Below, in pieces: positions 46,826 through 59,814 of a stretch of 64,000 nucleotides of DNA. The notes beneath the pieces are model-generated. The model was not told the DNA's origin and did not search any database. It saw nothing but the letters and a program-made list of their open reading frames with translations. Within the stretch, counting starts at the first letter, position 1. Each line of letters opens with the position of its first letter. A program made the position numbers and the translations under genes. This stretch comes from Dictyostelium discoideum (taxonomy: Eukaryota), in assembly GCA_000004695.1 (NCBI GenBank), contig CM000153.2, positions 4,640,001 to 4,704,000 of the forward strand, in the 5' to 3' direction.

Positions 46826-47511
46826 TATATTTTATATTATATTATCTATATTATTTATATTATTTATTTATATTATTTATTTATATTATTAATTAATTTA
46901 TTTATTTTTTTTTTTTTTTTTTTTTTTTAATTAATAAAAAAAAGGTCCAAAAGAATTTGTTTTATTGATTGAAAAAAAAAAAAAAAAAAAAAAAATCTTT
47001 TTTTTTAATTTCTCAAAAAAAAAAAAAATTAAAAATAAAAAAAAATAATTAAAATTAGATTTTAAAAAGAAATTCAGAGAATAACACCAAAATTTTCAAT
47101 TGTGAAAACACTGAAATTGTGTTGGTTAAAATCAATATTTTTTTTTTTTTTTTTTATTTATTTATTTATAATACTGATGATACTAAATGTGTTTATTGAA
47201 TCTTCTAATAATGTGTTGTTGATAATAATGTATAATCTAATGTTTTTTGTAATCAGTAATAATATTATACATAAATTTTTTTTTTTTTATTTATTTATTA
47301 TTTTTTTATATTAGTTTAAAAATAAAAAATATAATAGGATTTTTAAAAAGAAATTCAGAGAATAACACCAAATTTTAAATTGTTTACAACAACACTGAGA
47401 TTGTGTTGTTTAAAATGAATTTTTTTTTTTTTTTTTTTTTTTTATTTATTTATTTTTATTATAAAAAACATGAAACTCCAACCTAATGTGTTGATTCTAA
47501 TAATGTATAAT

Positions 47512-48323
47512 CTAATGTTTTTTGTTATCAGTAATTATATCAGGCATTATTCTTAGAATTTTTAAATATTCTTCGATATCAACTAATGATGGATATTGTT
47601 CTGGAATAAGTGGTATTGAATCTGGCCATTGTAAACCCATAACATCACAAATTAAAAATTTAGAATATGTATGACAATTTACATCTCTATTCCATTGAAC
47701 TGGTAAAATACTAGAATGTTGATGTTTTTCAATGAAACTATCAAATGATTCTTCTGCAAACTTAAGTAACTCCCAACCTCTTTTAAACTGATGATTAAAC
47801 TTTCCAGCCAAAGCGACCTTTTTAACATATTTTGATTGCTGTTTTCTATAAAAGCTAGCAGAGATGATATTTAAAAGAGGGTTATCTTCCTTTACTAATG
47901 TAAGGTGCATATCATATCCAGCGATATTTATTGGTTTATCAGCATCACCTTCTGAAGCACCAAGAAAATCAAGTTCAACAGACATATGACCTGAGCTTGT
48001 ACCAATCAATGCATCTGATTCATTTGAAATTACACCCTTTGGATGACATAATACCTAAATTAATTTTAAAGATTGAAACAATCCAATGGGGGAACAATTA
48101 GATTATCTCTATGTTATTTTCATATATTTATAATAATAGTACTGCTACGAATATTTTAAAAATAAAATAAATCCGAAAAAAATAATCATCCTATGTTAAT
48201 TTAATAGTAGATACATACAACGTAGACATTGTTTTTCTTTTCTTCATCAACAACATTGTCTGGTAATGGTATATAGTCCATATCTTCAATTTGTTTTTGA
48301 GAAGTAAATATATAATAGACCAT
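47512..48323 (-). CDS. Hypothetical protein of about 213 aa, a possible 2H-phosphoesterase-superfamily member (two H-x-S-x motifs). Two exons: 48219..48323 and 47512..48054.
   Basis: Exon 1 encodes MVYYIFTSQKQIEDMDYIPLPDNVVDEEKKNNVYV. The GTATGT donor is at plus 48213-48218 and the acceptor is atttag, phase 0. Exon 2 encodes VLCHPKGVISNESDALIGTSSGHMSVELDF...EKHQHSSILPVQW.... The HMSV and HSSI motifs suggest a LigT/CPDase-like fold, but this is weak. Confidence 0.45.
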
Positions 48324-48791
48324 TTTTTAAAAAACTTTGTGCTTTTTATAACAAAAAAAATAATATTTTATTTTATTTTAAAATAAATATATGAAATAAT
48401 ATACAAAAATAAAAAAAAAAATTAAATTAAAATTAGTTAAAATTAACAAACGTGTGCCAAATTAAACTTTTTTTTATTTTTTTTTTTATTCCAATTTTTT
48501 AAATTTATAGAATAATTGAAATAAAACAGTTGTTTAAAAAGGAAAAAAAATCCCATATTCAATATTTATGATCTCTATTTAAGTAATCTTTAATGATTTC
48601 AAGATTTTTTTTATTTTAGGTAATGTTTTCAAGTTTAAGGTAAAATTGCCAATTGATTCATTGGGTAAATTTAAAATAAAAAAAAAAAAAAAAAAAAAAA
48701 TAATAAAAAAAAAATACAAGTTTATCATTAATCTCAATTTATACCAAATAATGAATTATCAATTTTTTAAAAATTCAGATTAAACCATTCA

Positions 48792-48824
<33 letters not shown>

Positions 48825-49076
48825 GGCCTTATTCATACCAAATAAAGATTCCAATAGAAATATGTATCATCAATTTTTAAAAAAATTCAGATTAAACCAT
48901 TCAATAATATTATCAAAAAAAAAAAATTAAATAAAATAAAATAAAACCTTTATTTTTTTATTTTTAATAAAATTTTTTTATTTGTTTTGTTTTGTTTTTT
49001 TTACGCTTTTAATAATACTTGTCTTTAAACTTTTTTTTTTTTTTTTTTTTTTAAAGGATCGATCGATCGAAACAAT

Positions 49077-49117
<41 letters not shown>

Positions 49118-49122
<5 letters not shown>

Positions 49123-50587
49123 CAGTTGTTACAGTTTTGGCTAAATTTTTTGGACGATCTGGGTCAATATTTTTACAAATTGCCATTTCATAAGCTAATA
49201 ATTGTAATGGAATTGCAGCTAAAAGTGCAGTTAAAATACCATTACTTGGAATTAAAATGGTATCATGAGCGATATGTTTAGCCAAAGTTGAATTATTTGT
49301 AATGACGATAGTATGAGCACCTCTTGCTTTTACTTCTTCAGCGGCGACTCTCATTAATGGAGAATTACTATCATCTAAAATGATCAAGATAATTGGTGTA
49401 TCTTGTTCAATGAGAGCGAATGGACCATGTTTAAGAGCACCACCACTATAACCTTCAGCATGACAATAGGTGATTTCTTTAATTTTCAAAGCACCTTCAA
49501 ATGCGATTGGTTCAGCGAAACCTTTACCCAAAACAAAGATTGAATTCTTTTTATAAATTTTTTGAGCGATTGCTTTACATTGTTCACGAACACGTAATGC
49601 CATACCCAAATTTGTTGGTAAACGATGAAGAGAATCGATTAACTGACGTCTTTTACCCTCTTCGATGCCTCTATGTTGAGCGAACCAATTTGCAACCAAT
49701 GATAATACTGTAACTTGTGATGAGAATGCTTTGGTTGAAGCTACAGCATGTTCACGACCTGCATTTAAATAGACACCACAAATTGAACTTCTTGCAATCA
49801 ATGAACCAACGGCATTTACAATTGAGAATCTTGGAATACCCGACTCTTCAGCCAATGTTAGGATACGTGCAACATCTTTAGTTTCACCACTTTGTGAAAT
49901 CATTAAAACACCGGCATGATTATGTGGGAGGGTATCTCTAATGATTTCAGCGGCATCAAAAACTTGAACTGTATCGAATGCACCTAAATATCTCATAATT
50001 CTTGCACCGAATTGAGCAGCAAAGAAACTTGTACCACAACCTGTAATAATTAAATTTTTAATTGGTAACAATAAATCTTTTGCATCTTCAAGACCACCCA
50101 ATTTAACACGAGACTCATCAGAGATACGACCACCATAATTCAATGCTCTTGAGATTGACATTGGTTGCTCCATAATCTCCTTAATGGTCCAATGTGGATA
50201 TGGTTCAGGTGATAAAGCAATGGTTTCATGTGCTGCCATTTCAATTCTACTTAAATCCAATGAATGTCCATCAGCTTTCAATACTGCAATCTCACCATTT
50301 TCCATTGAAATAAACTCTTTGGTATGTCTTGAAAATGCACCTGGTTCACTTGCAATAAACATACGATCCTTTCCAATACCAATTAATAATGGACTACCAT
50401 TTCTTGCTGCTACAATTTGATCAGGATTATCCTTACAAACTACTGCAATACCCCATGTACCTTGTAATTTCTTTTGTGTTTCTTTAATTGCATCAACAAT
50501 TTGTAATCCTTGATCTAAAAATAAACCAATCTAAAATTGAAAATATATTAATATTTATATATAAAAAGAATACAAAATAAAATACAA

Positions 50588-50661
<74 letters not shown>

Positions 50662-51291
50662 CATACTAATTGTGCAATAACTTCAGTATCAGTTTCTGAT
50701 CTAAAAACAATACCTTTCTTTTCAAGTTCTTCTTTTAATATAATATTATTTTCAATTACACCATTATGAATAACTGCAACTCTATCTTTATAATCAAGAT
50801 GTGGATGTGCATTTTTATCAGTTTTACCACCATGAGTTGCCCATCTTGTATGTGCAATACCAATAACATGACCTTTATGTAACTTTTTTTTTTTTTTAAA
50901 AAAATTTAAAAAAAAAATTAAAAAATTTAGTATTTGTATAGATTTAATTTATAATAAAAAAAAAACATACATGTGCTACAGATTTTAATCTTGTAATTGC
51001 ATCACTAGTTGTATTTAAACTTGCATATTTTGAAGTAACTAAATCATTATCTGATGAAATAGTTGTAACACCAGCAGAATCATAACCTCTATTCTCTAAA
51101 ATTGCTAAACCTTCTAATAAATAATTAATTGCTTCCTCTTTACCAACAAAACCAATGATACCACATGTATCTGATGATTCTAATCCATCAAATGAATCTG
51201 AACTATTATGTTGATATTGTTGTTGTTCTTGTTGTTGCTCTAATAAATGTCTTTGAGTAACCTGTAATCTTCTAATTGTATTTTGATTCAT
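49118..51291 (-). CDS. Glutamine:fructose-6-phosphate amidotransferase (GFAT / glucosamine-6-phosphate synthase, GlmS). Three exons: 50971..51291, 50667..50882 and 49118..50530.
   Basis: Exon 1 has a 42-aa Q-rich leader then the Ntn glutaminase start [11 protein letters not shown]...[17 protein letters not shown]. Exon 2 has ..[23 protein letters not shown]...[10 protein letters not shown]. Exon 3 has ..IGLFLDQG...[19 protein letters not shown].. plus two SIS domains (GTSFFAA.., SQSGETKDV.., [24 protein letters not shown]) ending ..AKTVTTD. Donors are GTATGT and acceptors AG, all phase 0. Confidence 0.85.
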
Positions 51292-51734
51292 TCTTTATAA
51301 TATACAATTTAATTTTATATGTTTTTTTATTTCTTTTTTTTTTTTTTTTTATTTTCTTTTTTTTAATTGGATTGATAATATCTTTTTTGAATAAAAATAA
51401 TAATTCTTTATAAATTAATAAATAGGAAAAAAAAAAGTCTAAATTTTAAAATTATAGAAATTAGTTTTTGAATTATAATAAATGTATTTTATTTATAATT
51501 AAAAAAAATAAAAAAAAAAAAAAAAAATTGAAAAAATAAAAAAATAAAAAAATAAAAAAACATAATTTATGTTGTTGGAAATAAATAATTACGATAGTAT
51601 TTGATTTAAATAAACCCAATAATGGTTAGTTAATAATATATTTTAAAAAAATAAACAAAAAAAAACCACAAAAATTCAATGAGAATTTGATATCTTTCTA
51701 AATTAATCCAGTAATTAATTAGTTAATGAATTTA

Positions 51735-51774
<40 letters not shown>

Positions 51775-52421
51775 CCTTGGTTTCCTCCTTAAGAAATTTA
51801 TTTTTTGAAATGTTTTTTATTTCTATAGTAAGTTATATATTATTATTATTATTTTTTTTTTTCTATATTTGATAATTTGTAAGAAGAATAATAAATGTAA
51901 ATTAAAATGTACAAATAAATATTTAAATTTTAATTATTTTTATTATTATTAATATTATTTTTTTATTATTATTATTTTTATTATTATTATTATTATTATA
52001 TTTTTTAACACACATAAAATTTAAAAAAAATAAAAAAAAATACCCCTTATTTGTAGAGTGATTATCACCACACCTTTTTTTTTTTTATTATTGTTCTTTA
52101 ATTTTCATTTAATGTTATATTGTTGTTGAAATGAATAAAATAAAATAAAATAAATAAAAAATAAAAAATTAAAACAAAAGATGAACAGATAATCAAAAAA
52201 CAGAATAGCTTTTACAACACTTACAATTTGAATAATAATAATAATAAGTGTTTAATTTTAAATTTTATTTTATTTTATTTTTTTATTTTTTTTTTAAAAA
52301 ATACAAAATCTTTTTTTTTTTTTTTTTTTTTTTTTTTAGGGCTATGACAAGGCTTTGATTTGATAAAAACACGTCGGTTGGATTGTTCAACTGTTTTTAA
52401 TTTTCAAAATAAAAATAAGCG

Positions 52422-52462
<41 letters not shown>

Positions 52463-52606
52463 ATTTTTAATTTTATTTTTGATTAAGCGACACTATTTAA
52501 TATTGAAAAAATAGGTAAAATTTTCTTTGTTCCAATTTTTCACTATTATTTTTTTTTTTTTTTAAAAATATAAATTATAATTTTAAAAATTATATAAAAT
52601 CTTTTT

Positions 52607-52650
<44 letters not shown>

Positions 52651-52758
52651 CCCATATAATTTTAAAAATTTTTTTTTTTTTTATTTTATTTTATTTATAC
52701 AAATTTTTATTATTATTATTTTTTAATTTTTAATTTTTAATTATTAATTATTAAAAAT

Positions 52759-55030
52759 TTATTTTTTAAACCAACCTTTTGAAGAACTTTTTAATTTTTC
52801 CATTTCTTTTTCATAATCCTCAACTGCTCTGAGGTAATGAATTGGTGGCCATTGATTATCTTCAATATGTTTTTTAGTTTTATCATCTAATAAAGCAAAT
52901 TCTTTACGTCTACGCATTGGTTGATAATTTGAAGAGATGAAATGAAGACAAAACTTTTCTAATTGAGGAGCGTTATGTCTTTGAGCACAAATTAATAAAC
53001 CGATAATATCCAACTCCGATCTGAAAATACCAATTGTAGTAGCACGTTCAATCTCTTTTGAAATGTAAAGTTCACATAAGGAAACTAATCTACGTAAATC
53101 GAAACGATTGCCTAATACCAAAATACCAACACTATCACCCTCTTCAATTGGAGCATGAGCAGTGTACAAATATTCTAAAATCGCCATGAATGAATCAAAA
53201 GTTACATCATCAGACATTTCAACCTTGCCTTCTCTTTCAATGAAATTTCTACCAATTAGCGCATTTACAACATTTGAACGTGAGAAAATCAATGCTTTAT
53301 GTGCAAAAATTGATCTGCCTTCAACGATGAATTGAATATCAGATAGAATCTTTTTAGTAAAGAATAGCTCTTTACTAGTTTCACCCAATTGGTCATTTAA
53401 GAAAGTGCCAATCGATGGATTCAAATCTTCATTACCACCCAACACATTCTTACAAGCACTTGCTAAATACTTGAAGCCGACACTCTCTGCCAATGCAATT
53501 GTCTCTTGAAGTTGGTCATTCTTATCAAGGTAATTCAACACACCAGTGTAAAGAAACTCAATGAATCTATTGAAAACACGACGATTTATTGAACTGTCGA
53601 TTGAGATCTCGACAAATTCACCACTTGATTTAGTGCCGTCATCATTCTTTTCGTTTGGTTTAATTGTAACACTACGAATATTTTTAACCTTACCCTCATT
53701 TAAATCATCCAATTTGAACTCAGCTTGGTCAGAGGATAATGTGTATCCAAATACCCTTCTAAAGAATTCAGATGCTGAGCATAATATAACACGATGTGCA
53801 TAAACTGGTCTCTCTTCAAAAAATGTAAATTTAACATCACTAAATGATTCACTATTTAATGTTTCTCTCATCTCTTTATCATAAGAACTTGTAATAATAT
53901 CAATCCATGGTGCTTTACCTGCTGGTGGCATAACTGGTGGAATTGGTACTGATTTCTCTGATGATTTTGATGAAGATGATGATGATGAAGATGAAGAAGA
54001 TGAAAAGAATCCACCCTTTTTTTTAGCTGATGCTGATTTTGGACTTGTTGCTGTTCTAATTGCTAAACTAAATAATTCTCTTAAATTTGTTTGTAAAAGT
54101 GCACTAGTTTCAACATATCCTGAAAATCCTAATTCTCTAACTAAATTATTTGCTTCTGCTGCACTAACTTCTGGTCTCTTTAAATCATGATGTCCTCTTA
54201 AATCATTCTTTGTACCAACTAATACAATTGGTATATTTGGTGCATGATGTAAAATTTCTTTTTTTTTAAAATAAATAAATAAATAAATAAATAAAAAATA
54301 TTAATAAAACTAAATTATATTATATTATATTAAAAAAAAAAAACTTACCAGGATACCATTTTGCTCTAATATTTTCAAATGATGCTCTTGAAACAATTGA
54401 AAAACAAATTAAGAAAACATCAGTTTGTGGATATGAAAGTGGACGTAAACGATCATAATCTTCTTGACCTGCAGTATCCCACTATTTAAAAAAAAAAAAA
54501 AAAAAATAAAAAAAAAAAAAAATTGTAAATTAAAATTAATGAAATTGAAAAGATATTTTTAATTTTTTATACATACAAGACCAAGATTGAATGGTTTACC
54601 ATCAATCATTACATTGGCGCTATAATTACTATAATAATTTTAATAATATAATTAAATATAATTTTTAGTGTGAGAAAAGGACATGATCTAGTTTTTGATA
54701 TCCAATTTGGATTTTTTTTTTTTTTTTTATATATATTTATTATTTATATATATTATTTATTTTATTTTTATTTTAATTAGGTTATGCTTACTCAAAAACT
54801 GTTGGTACATATTCTCCTGGAAATGCATTGGTTGTATATGCAATTAATAAACAACTTTTACTATAATAATTTTCATTTTAGGTATATATTTTTGGTGTGA
54901 GAAAAGGTAATTTGGAATTTTTTTTTTTTTTATATTTTATTATTATTTTTTATTTTTTTTTTTAATTTTAATTAACTTATGCTTACCCTACAGCACCATC
55001 ACCTACTACTACTAATTTAATTGCTTGCAT
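52759..55030 (-). CDS. racA: RhoBTB-type atypical Rho GTPase (Rac-like GTPase domain plus two BTB/POZ domains), a D. discoideum RacA-like protein of 598 aa. Five exons: 54987..55030, 54792..54860, 54577..54628, 54349..54481 and 52759..54257.
   Basis: The exons encode [15 protein letters not shown]|[23 protein letters not shown]|[17 protein letters not shown]|[28 protein letters not shown]...KWYP|[21 protein letters not shown].... Donors are GTAAGC, GTAAGC, GTATGT and GTAAGT, and phases are 2, 2, 0 and 1. The final exon contains a Ser/Asp-rich linker and two BTB domains (ORF 52759..53931). Confidence 0.8.
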
Positions 55031-55307
55031 GATTATTATATTTTTTTATATGTATGAAAAAAAAAAAAAAAAAAAAAAAATGGTTTGTTGATTGTTTTTT
55101 CAAATCAAAAAAAATCTTGATTAAAAAAAAAAAAATAAAAAAAAAAAAATAAAAAAAAAAATAAAAATAAAAATTGTGAAATTTTTTAATCGAATATTTT
55201 TATTTGAAATCATTCTCTAATAATAGACCATAAAAAAAAAAAAATTTAGTTTTTTATTTTAAAAAGTTTCAAATTTGATTTTTCTTTTATTTATTTCATT
55301 TATTTAA

Positions 55308-55342
<35 letters not shown>

Positions 55343-55788
55343 TTTTTTTATTTTCTTTTTTCTTTCTATTTTTTTTTATTTTTTCAAAGGCCATTGAAAA
55401 ATTTTTCACCCTTCTTTTTTTTTCTGACCACATTTTTTTTATGTGGGAAAAAATTTATTTAGTTTTTAACTAATTATATACTTTTTTGGAGTATTAATAA
55501 AATGTATTGGCCAAATTTGATAATATAGTTTAATATAAAAAAAAAAAAAAATAAGCATACTAAAAATTATAAATTTTTTTTTTTTTTTATTTAAATTAAG
55601 GGTGAAAAAATGAGTTAGTAATGATATAATTTTATTTATTTTTAATATAAATTTAGTTTATAAAAATAATGCATTAAAAAATACACAAAATGATATAAAA
55701 TATATAAAAAAAAAAAAAAAAAAGTTGCCATTCTGTTTTTTGAATTATTTTAATTAATTTTTTTATTTTTTTTTATTTTTATTTTTTA

Positions 55789-56839
55789 TTAATCAAGTTT
55801 ATAATTAATTTTTTTTAAATATTCTTCAAAACTTGTTAATTTTTTAATATTATGGGCAATTGAACGATCACCACCGTAAATATTAAAACCACCATATTCA
55901 TTAAAAAAAGCAAGCATCAATGAAACTTCTAAATCGTATGATTTTCCATATTCCACTGGATCAATAAATTGATAGGAAACTTTTTTATTTGTAACTTTGG
56001 ATATAATTTCAACGATTTGAATTGGTGTTAAAATTTCTGAAGAGAAAGGTACTGTTTCACCAGAGAATTTAATTGGATTTTTAAAGATTTCTCTTACCAG
56101 TAAACCCAATTCATCAATATCGCCATAATCCAATGACACTTTTGGATCACATGCCCATTTTAAAATGTATTTATCACTGGTACTACTTTCTTTTTCAGGT
56201 TGATAATAGTTTATAAAATTTTGAAAATACCAAGGTGCAATAACAAATGATGAAATAAATTCTGGATTTGATTTTGATAATTGTCTGATATGTTGTTCAA
56301 TTTCAACTTTGTTATCTAAATCTGGTGATTTAAATTTACCATTTGATAATTTATTTGGACCTGGTACAGTACTAAATATAAAATGTTTAACCCCACATTT
56401 CAATGCCACATCTGCTACCTTTATACCATATTCAATTTCTTTTTCACAATATCCTTGCGAGTTTGTAACAAGATATACACAATCACAACCTTTCATTACT
56501 TTTTCAATTTCTTCCTTTGGTTGTGATTCATCACATTTAATTACATCTGCTCCTAATTTCTTTAATTCTTTACATTTTTCTGATTCTGGATTTCTACTTA
56601 ATGTAATTACTTTAAATGAATCATCTTTTAATAATTCTCTTACAACTGATCCACCCTTTTTTTTTATTAATTATAAATATTATAAAAATAATAATAAAAA
56701 GAAGAATAATAATAATTTATTTTAATAATTTATTTTAATAATTGATTTAAAATTAAATAAAATTAATAAAAAAAATAAAAATAAAAATAAAACACACCTG
56801 ATATCCAGTCCCGCCAAAAACTAAAACTTTTTTACTCAT
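55789..56839 (-). CDS. NmrA-like family NAD(P)-binding protein (302 aa). Two exons: 56798..56839 and 55789..56655.
   Basis: Exon 1 encodes MSKKVLVFGGTGYQ (GxxGxxG). The GTGTGT donor is at 56792-56797 and the acceptor is aaaaag. Exon 2 encodes GGSVVRELLKDDSFKVITLSRNPESEKCKELKKLGADVIKCDE... and continues into ORF 55789..56496. Confidence 0.7.
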
Positions 56840-57071
56840 TTTTTATAATAATATTTAAAAATTGAAAAAAAAAAATATAGATTTTTTGAAAAAAAAAAAA
56901 TATAATAACATTTTGTAAAAAATAAAATATATACTTTTATTCCAAATAAAAGAAATTATTTTTTTGGGGTGAAAAATTAATTAATTATTTATTTTTTATT
57001 TATTTTTGAAATTTGTGTGTGTGTGGAAATTAAATAATTTTTATTTATTATTATTTTTTTATTTTTTTATT

Positions 57072-58683
57072 TTAATTTTCTCCAAGTGTATCATTAATAG
57101 GTATATCATTTGTAGTATCAATTGATGGTGGTGGTGGTGATAATTTTGACATTCTAATTTTGGATTGTCTTTTTTCACTACCACTACCACTACTACCACT
57201 AGTATTAGTTGTACTAGTTGTTTCTGAACCTAATTTAATGAAATCATTTAAACCACATTTTTTTAAAATCCATTTCAATTTTTCACTTTCTTTCCAAATT
57301 TGAATAACGATTGGATCTAAACCATAACCAATGAAAATACAAAAACCTAAAATACTTACTACTACAACATTTAATGCTTTCAATTCGTAACCTGGTGCAT
57401 GTAATTCACATTGTGATGGATCACCTTTACTAATACATTCTGCCCAAACTGCAATTGCATCAAAATAAGTATCCATTTTATCTTCCATATAAAATTTTAA
57501 TGATGATGCAAACGTTAAATTAAATAATAAAATTAAACTTGTTATAATTATTTTAATCTATACAAATTTAAAATTATTGTTAAGAAAATAATAAAAATAA
57601 TAATAATAATTAAAATTATAATTAAAATTTACATTAAAAAATAAAATTCTTCTATTTGGTGATTTCATATACATTTTTGAAACATTAATAACAGATAAAA
57701 TTGAAAATAAACAAAGTAAACCCATTGCACACCATGATGGTATATAAAATGATATATATTGCCAAGCTGATCCATCATCTGAATTTATCCAACAACTTGT
57801 TGCAACTGTTGCACTATATTTTCCTCCGAATGCTGGTAATGCTGTTAAAACAAATATTAATGACCAAATACCAATTCTATATAAACCAAATTTTCTAATT
57901 TTACCTAAATTTTTTACAAAAAAAAATATTAAATTAATTAATTTTATAATATTTTATATTATATTAATTTTTTTTAATTTTTTTTATTAATTATTTTAAA
58001 ATATATACATACTTAATCTTGAAGTTATATAAAAATCATATGCAATCATTGGAGCCCAAAATATTGAAGTAATCGCACCAAATTGGAAAATTAAACCAGT
58101 TAATAAACATAAATAGTCTGATTGCGATTTGAATCTACCTGGATCTGAACTACAATTAAAATTATCTTGTCTTGATTGAATGAATAACGATAATGCTGTA
58201 ATACAACCACCACACGCAAATGATAGAATAGATTCCATACGATGAGTTATTTTATTTGGTAAAACACCAAATGTTAAAATCATGAAAAAACAAGTTATAA
58301 ATGATATACTTGTTAATGTATAATTTGTTTTATCCAATATTTTAGTTTTACCTGGATAAATTTCAAATGGACAATCTAAAATACAACTATCAGTAATATA
58401 ATAATAAGTTGTTTTACCTGGTATAACATGATCTTTGGAATTTAATAATGGTGCAGGACAATTTATAACTGATGACGAATTATCATAAATTATATTATCA
58501 TTACACTCAACATTAAAATTGAAATCAAAATTACCACTCTCTTTAAATTCAAAATCAGTCGAATTTATTGGAAACATTGGTACACCATTTGAAAATTTTG
58601 AGCTACATGATAAATCTTTTAAAAAATTATCAATAAATATTTTACATGGTGTTTCTGCAATTACTATTATTTTTTATTATTAT

Positions 58684-58741
<58 letters not shown>

Positions 58742-59136
58742 TACTAATTATAATAATAATAGTTAATTTAATTTTACTTACAACATATTGAATTACATGG
58801 TAGTGATGGTAAATTAAATATAATATTTGTATTATTTGATAATGTTTCGTTATGTGTTTCACATTTTGGATATGATTTTAAACAAATTAAATTAATTGCA
58901 TTTGGTTTACATTCTGGTGTTGTAAATTCTAACATTCGAATAATATCTGAAACATTTTTATTTAATTGAGTGATTGAATCACCTGGTTGTAAATAAAAGT
59001 CTGTATAATTTAATTTTGAAAAACATGGTGAATTTGAATCAATTAATTCACAACTACCACCAAGTTTTAAATCTTGTGAATTTACAAATAAAAATAAAAT
59101 ATTTATAATACATATTAAAAAATTTAATTTTTTCAT
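57072..59136 (-). CDS. Frizzled/Smoothened-like 7TM receptor (Fsl/Fsc family; Frizzled-type Cys-rich domain plus 7TM plus K[TS]xxxW-like motif), tandem copy 1. Four exons: 58782..59136, 58013..58663, 57633..57904 and 57072..57557.
   Basis: Exon 1 has a signal peptide and CRD (C..C....[18 protein letters not shown]...LPCNSIC). Exon 2 has the rest of the CRD and TM1-4. Exon 3 has TM5-6 ([34 protein letters not shown]...). Exon 4 has TM7 and tail ([13 protein letters not shown]...). Donors are GTAAGT, GTATGT and GTAAAT, and phases are 1, 1 and 0. Confidence 0.7.
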
Positions 59137-59814
59137 TTCTTCTTTTTTTAAAAGGAGATATATAATAAAAATAAAGTAAAAAAAGTAAAAAGTAAAAAGT
59201 AAAAAGAAAAAAAAAGTGTTTATGACCACAAATATATATAACTAAAAAAAATTTTTTGGCCGCTTGATAAATTAAGACTTTGTAATTTGATTATATTTTT
59301 TTTATTTTTTATTTTTTATTTTTTATTTTTATTTTTTTTTATTCAAAAAATCTGAATTTTTATGAAAAGAATGAAAATGGGGCTTCTATCGAGATTTTTT
59401 TTTTATTTTTTTTAATGGTATTTTATAAAAAAAAAAAAAATCAAATCGTATTTTATAAAAGTCTTTCGAATTTTATTTTTATTTTACATTTTTTTTTTTT
59501 ATCAAAAAATTAAATAATTACTTTGAAAATTAAAAAAAGAAATCTAAAATTTTTTTTTTTTTAACAATAAAACAAAAATTATGTAAAAAATTATTTCATT
59601 TTATTCTATGTGTTTTGCTTTACTAAAAAAAAAAAAAAAGAATAAAAAAAAAAAAAAAAAGTTTAAAAAAAAACAATAAACTTTACAACTAGGTTATTCA
59701 ATTTACTGTATATATTTAATAATATTAATTAATTTAAATGAAATATTATTTATTATTACATAAAAACTAAGATTAAATAGTTTTTTTTTTTTTTTTTAAA
59801 GTTTTTAATTTACA

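Noticed and set aside
52330-52395. Short GC-richer island in the long intergenic region between GFAT and the RhoBTB gene (gggctatgacaaggctttgatttgat...cgtcggttggattgttcaactg).
   Set aside because: It has no tRNA cloverleaf, no box motifs and no ORF. It is noted only as a possible promoter element or ncRNA to check with RNA-seq.
53561-56725. ORFs 53561-53803 (+) and 56309-56725 (+).
   Set aside because: They are antisense to the well-supported RhoBTB and NmrA-like coding exons. The same applies to 49501-49713 and 50184-50420 opposite GFAT, and to 57701-57898 and 61274-61459 opposite the Fsl genes.
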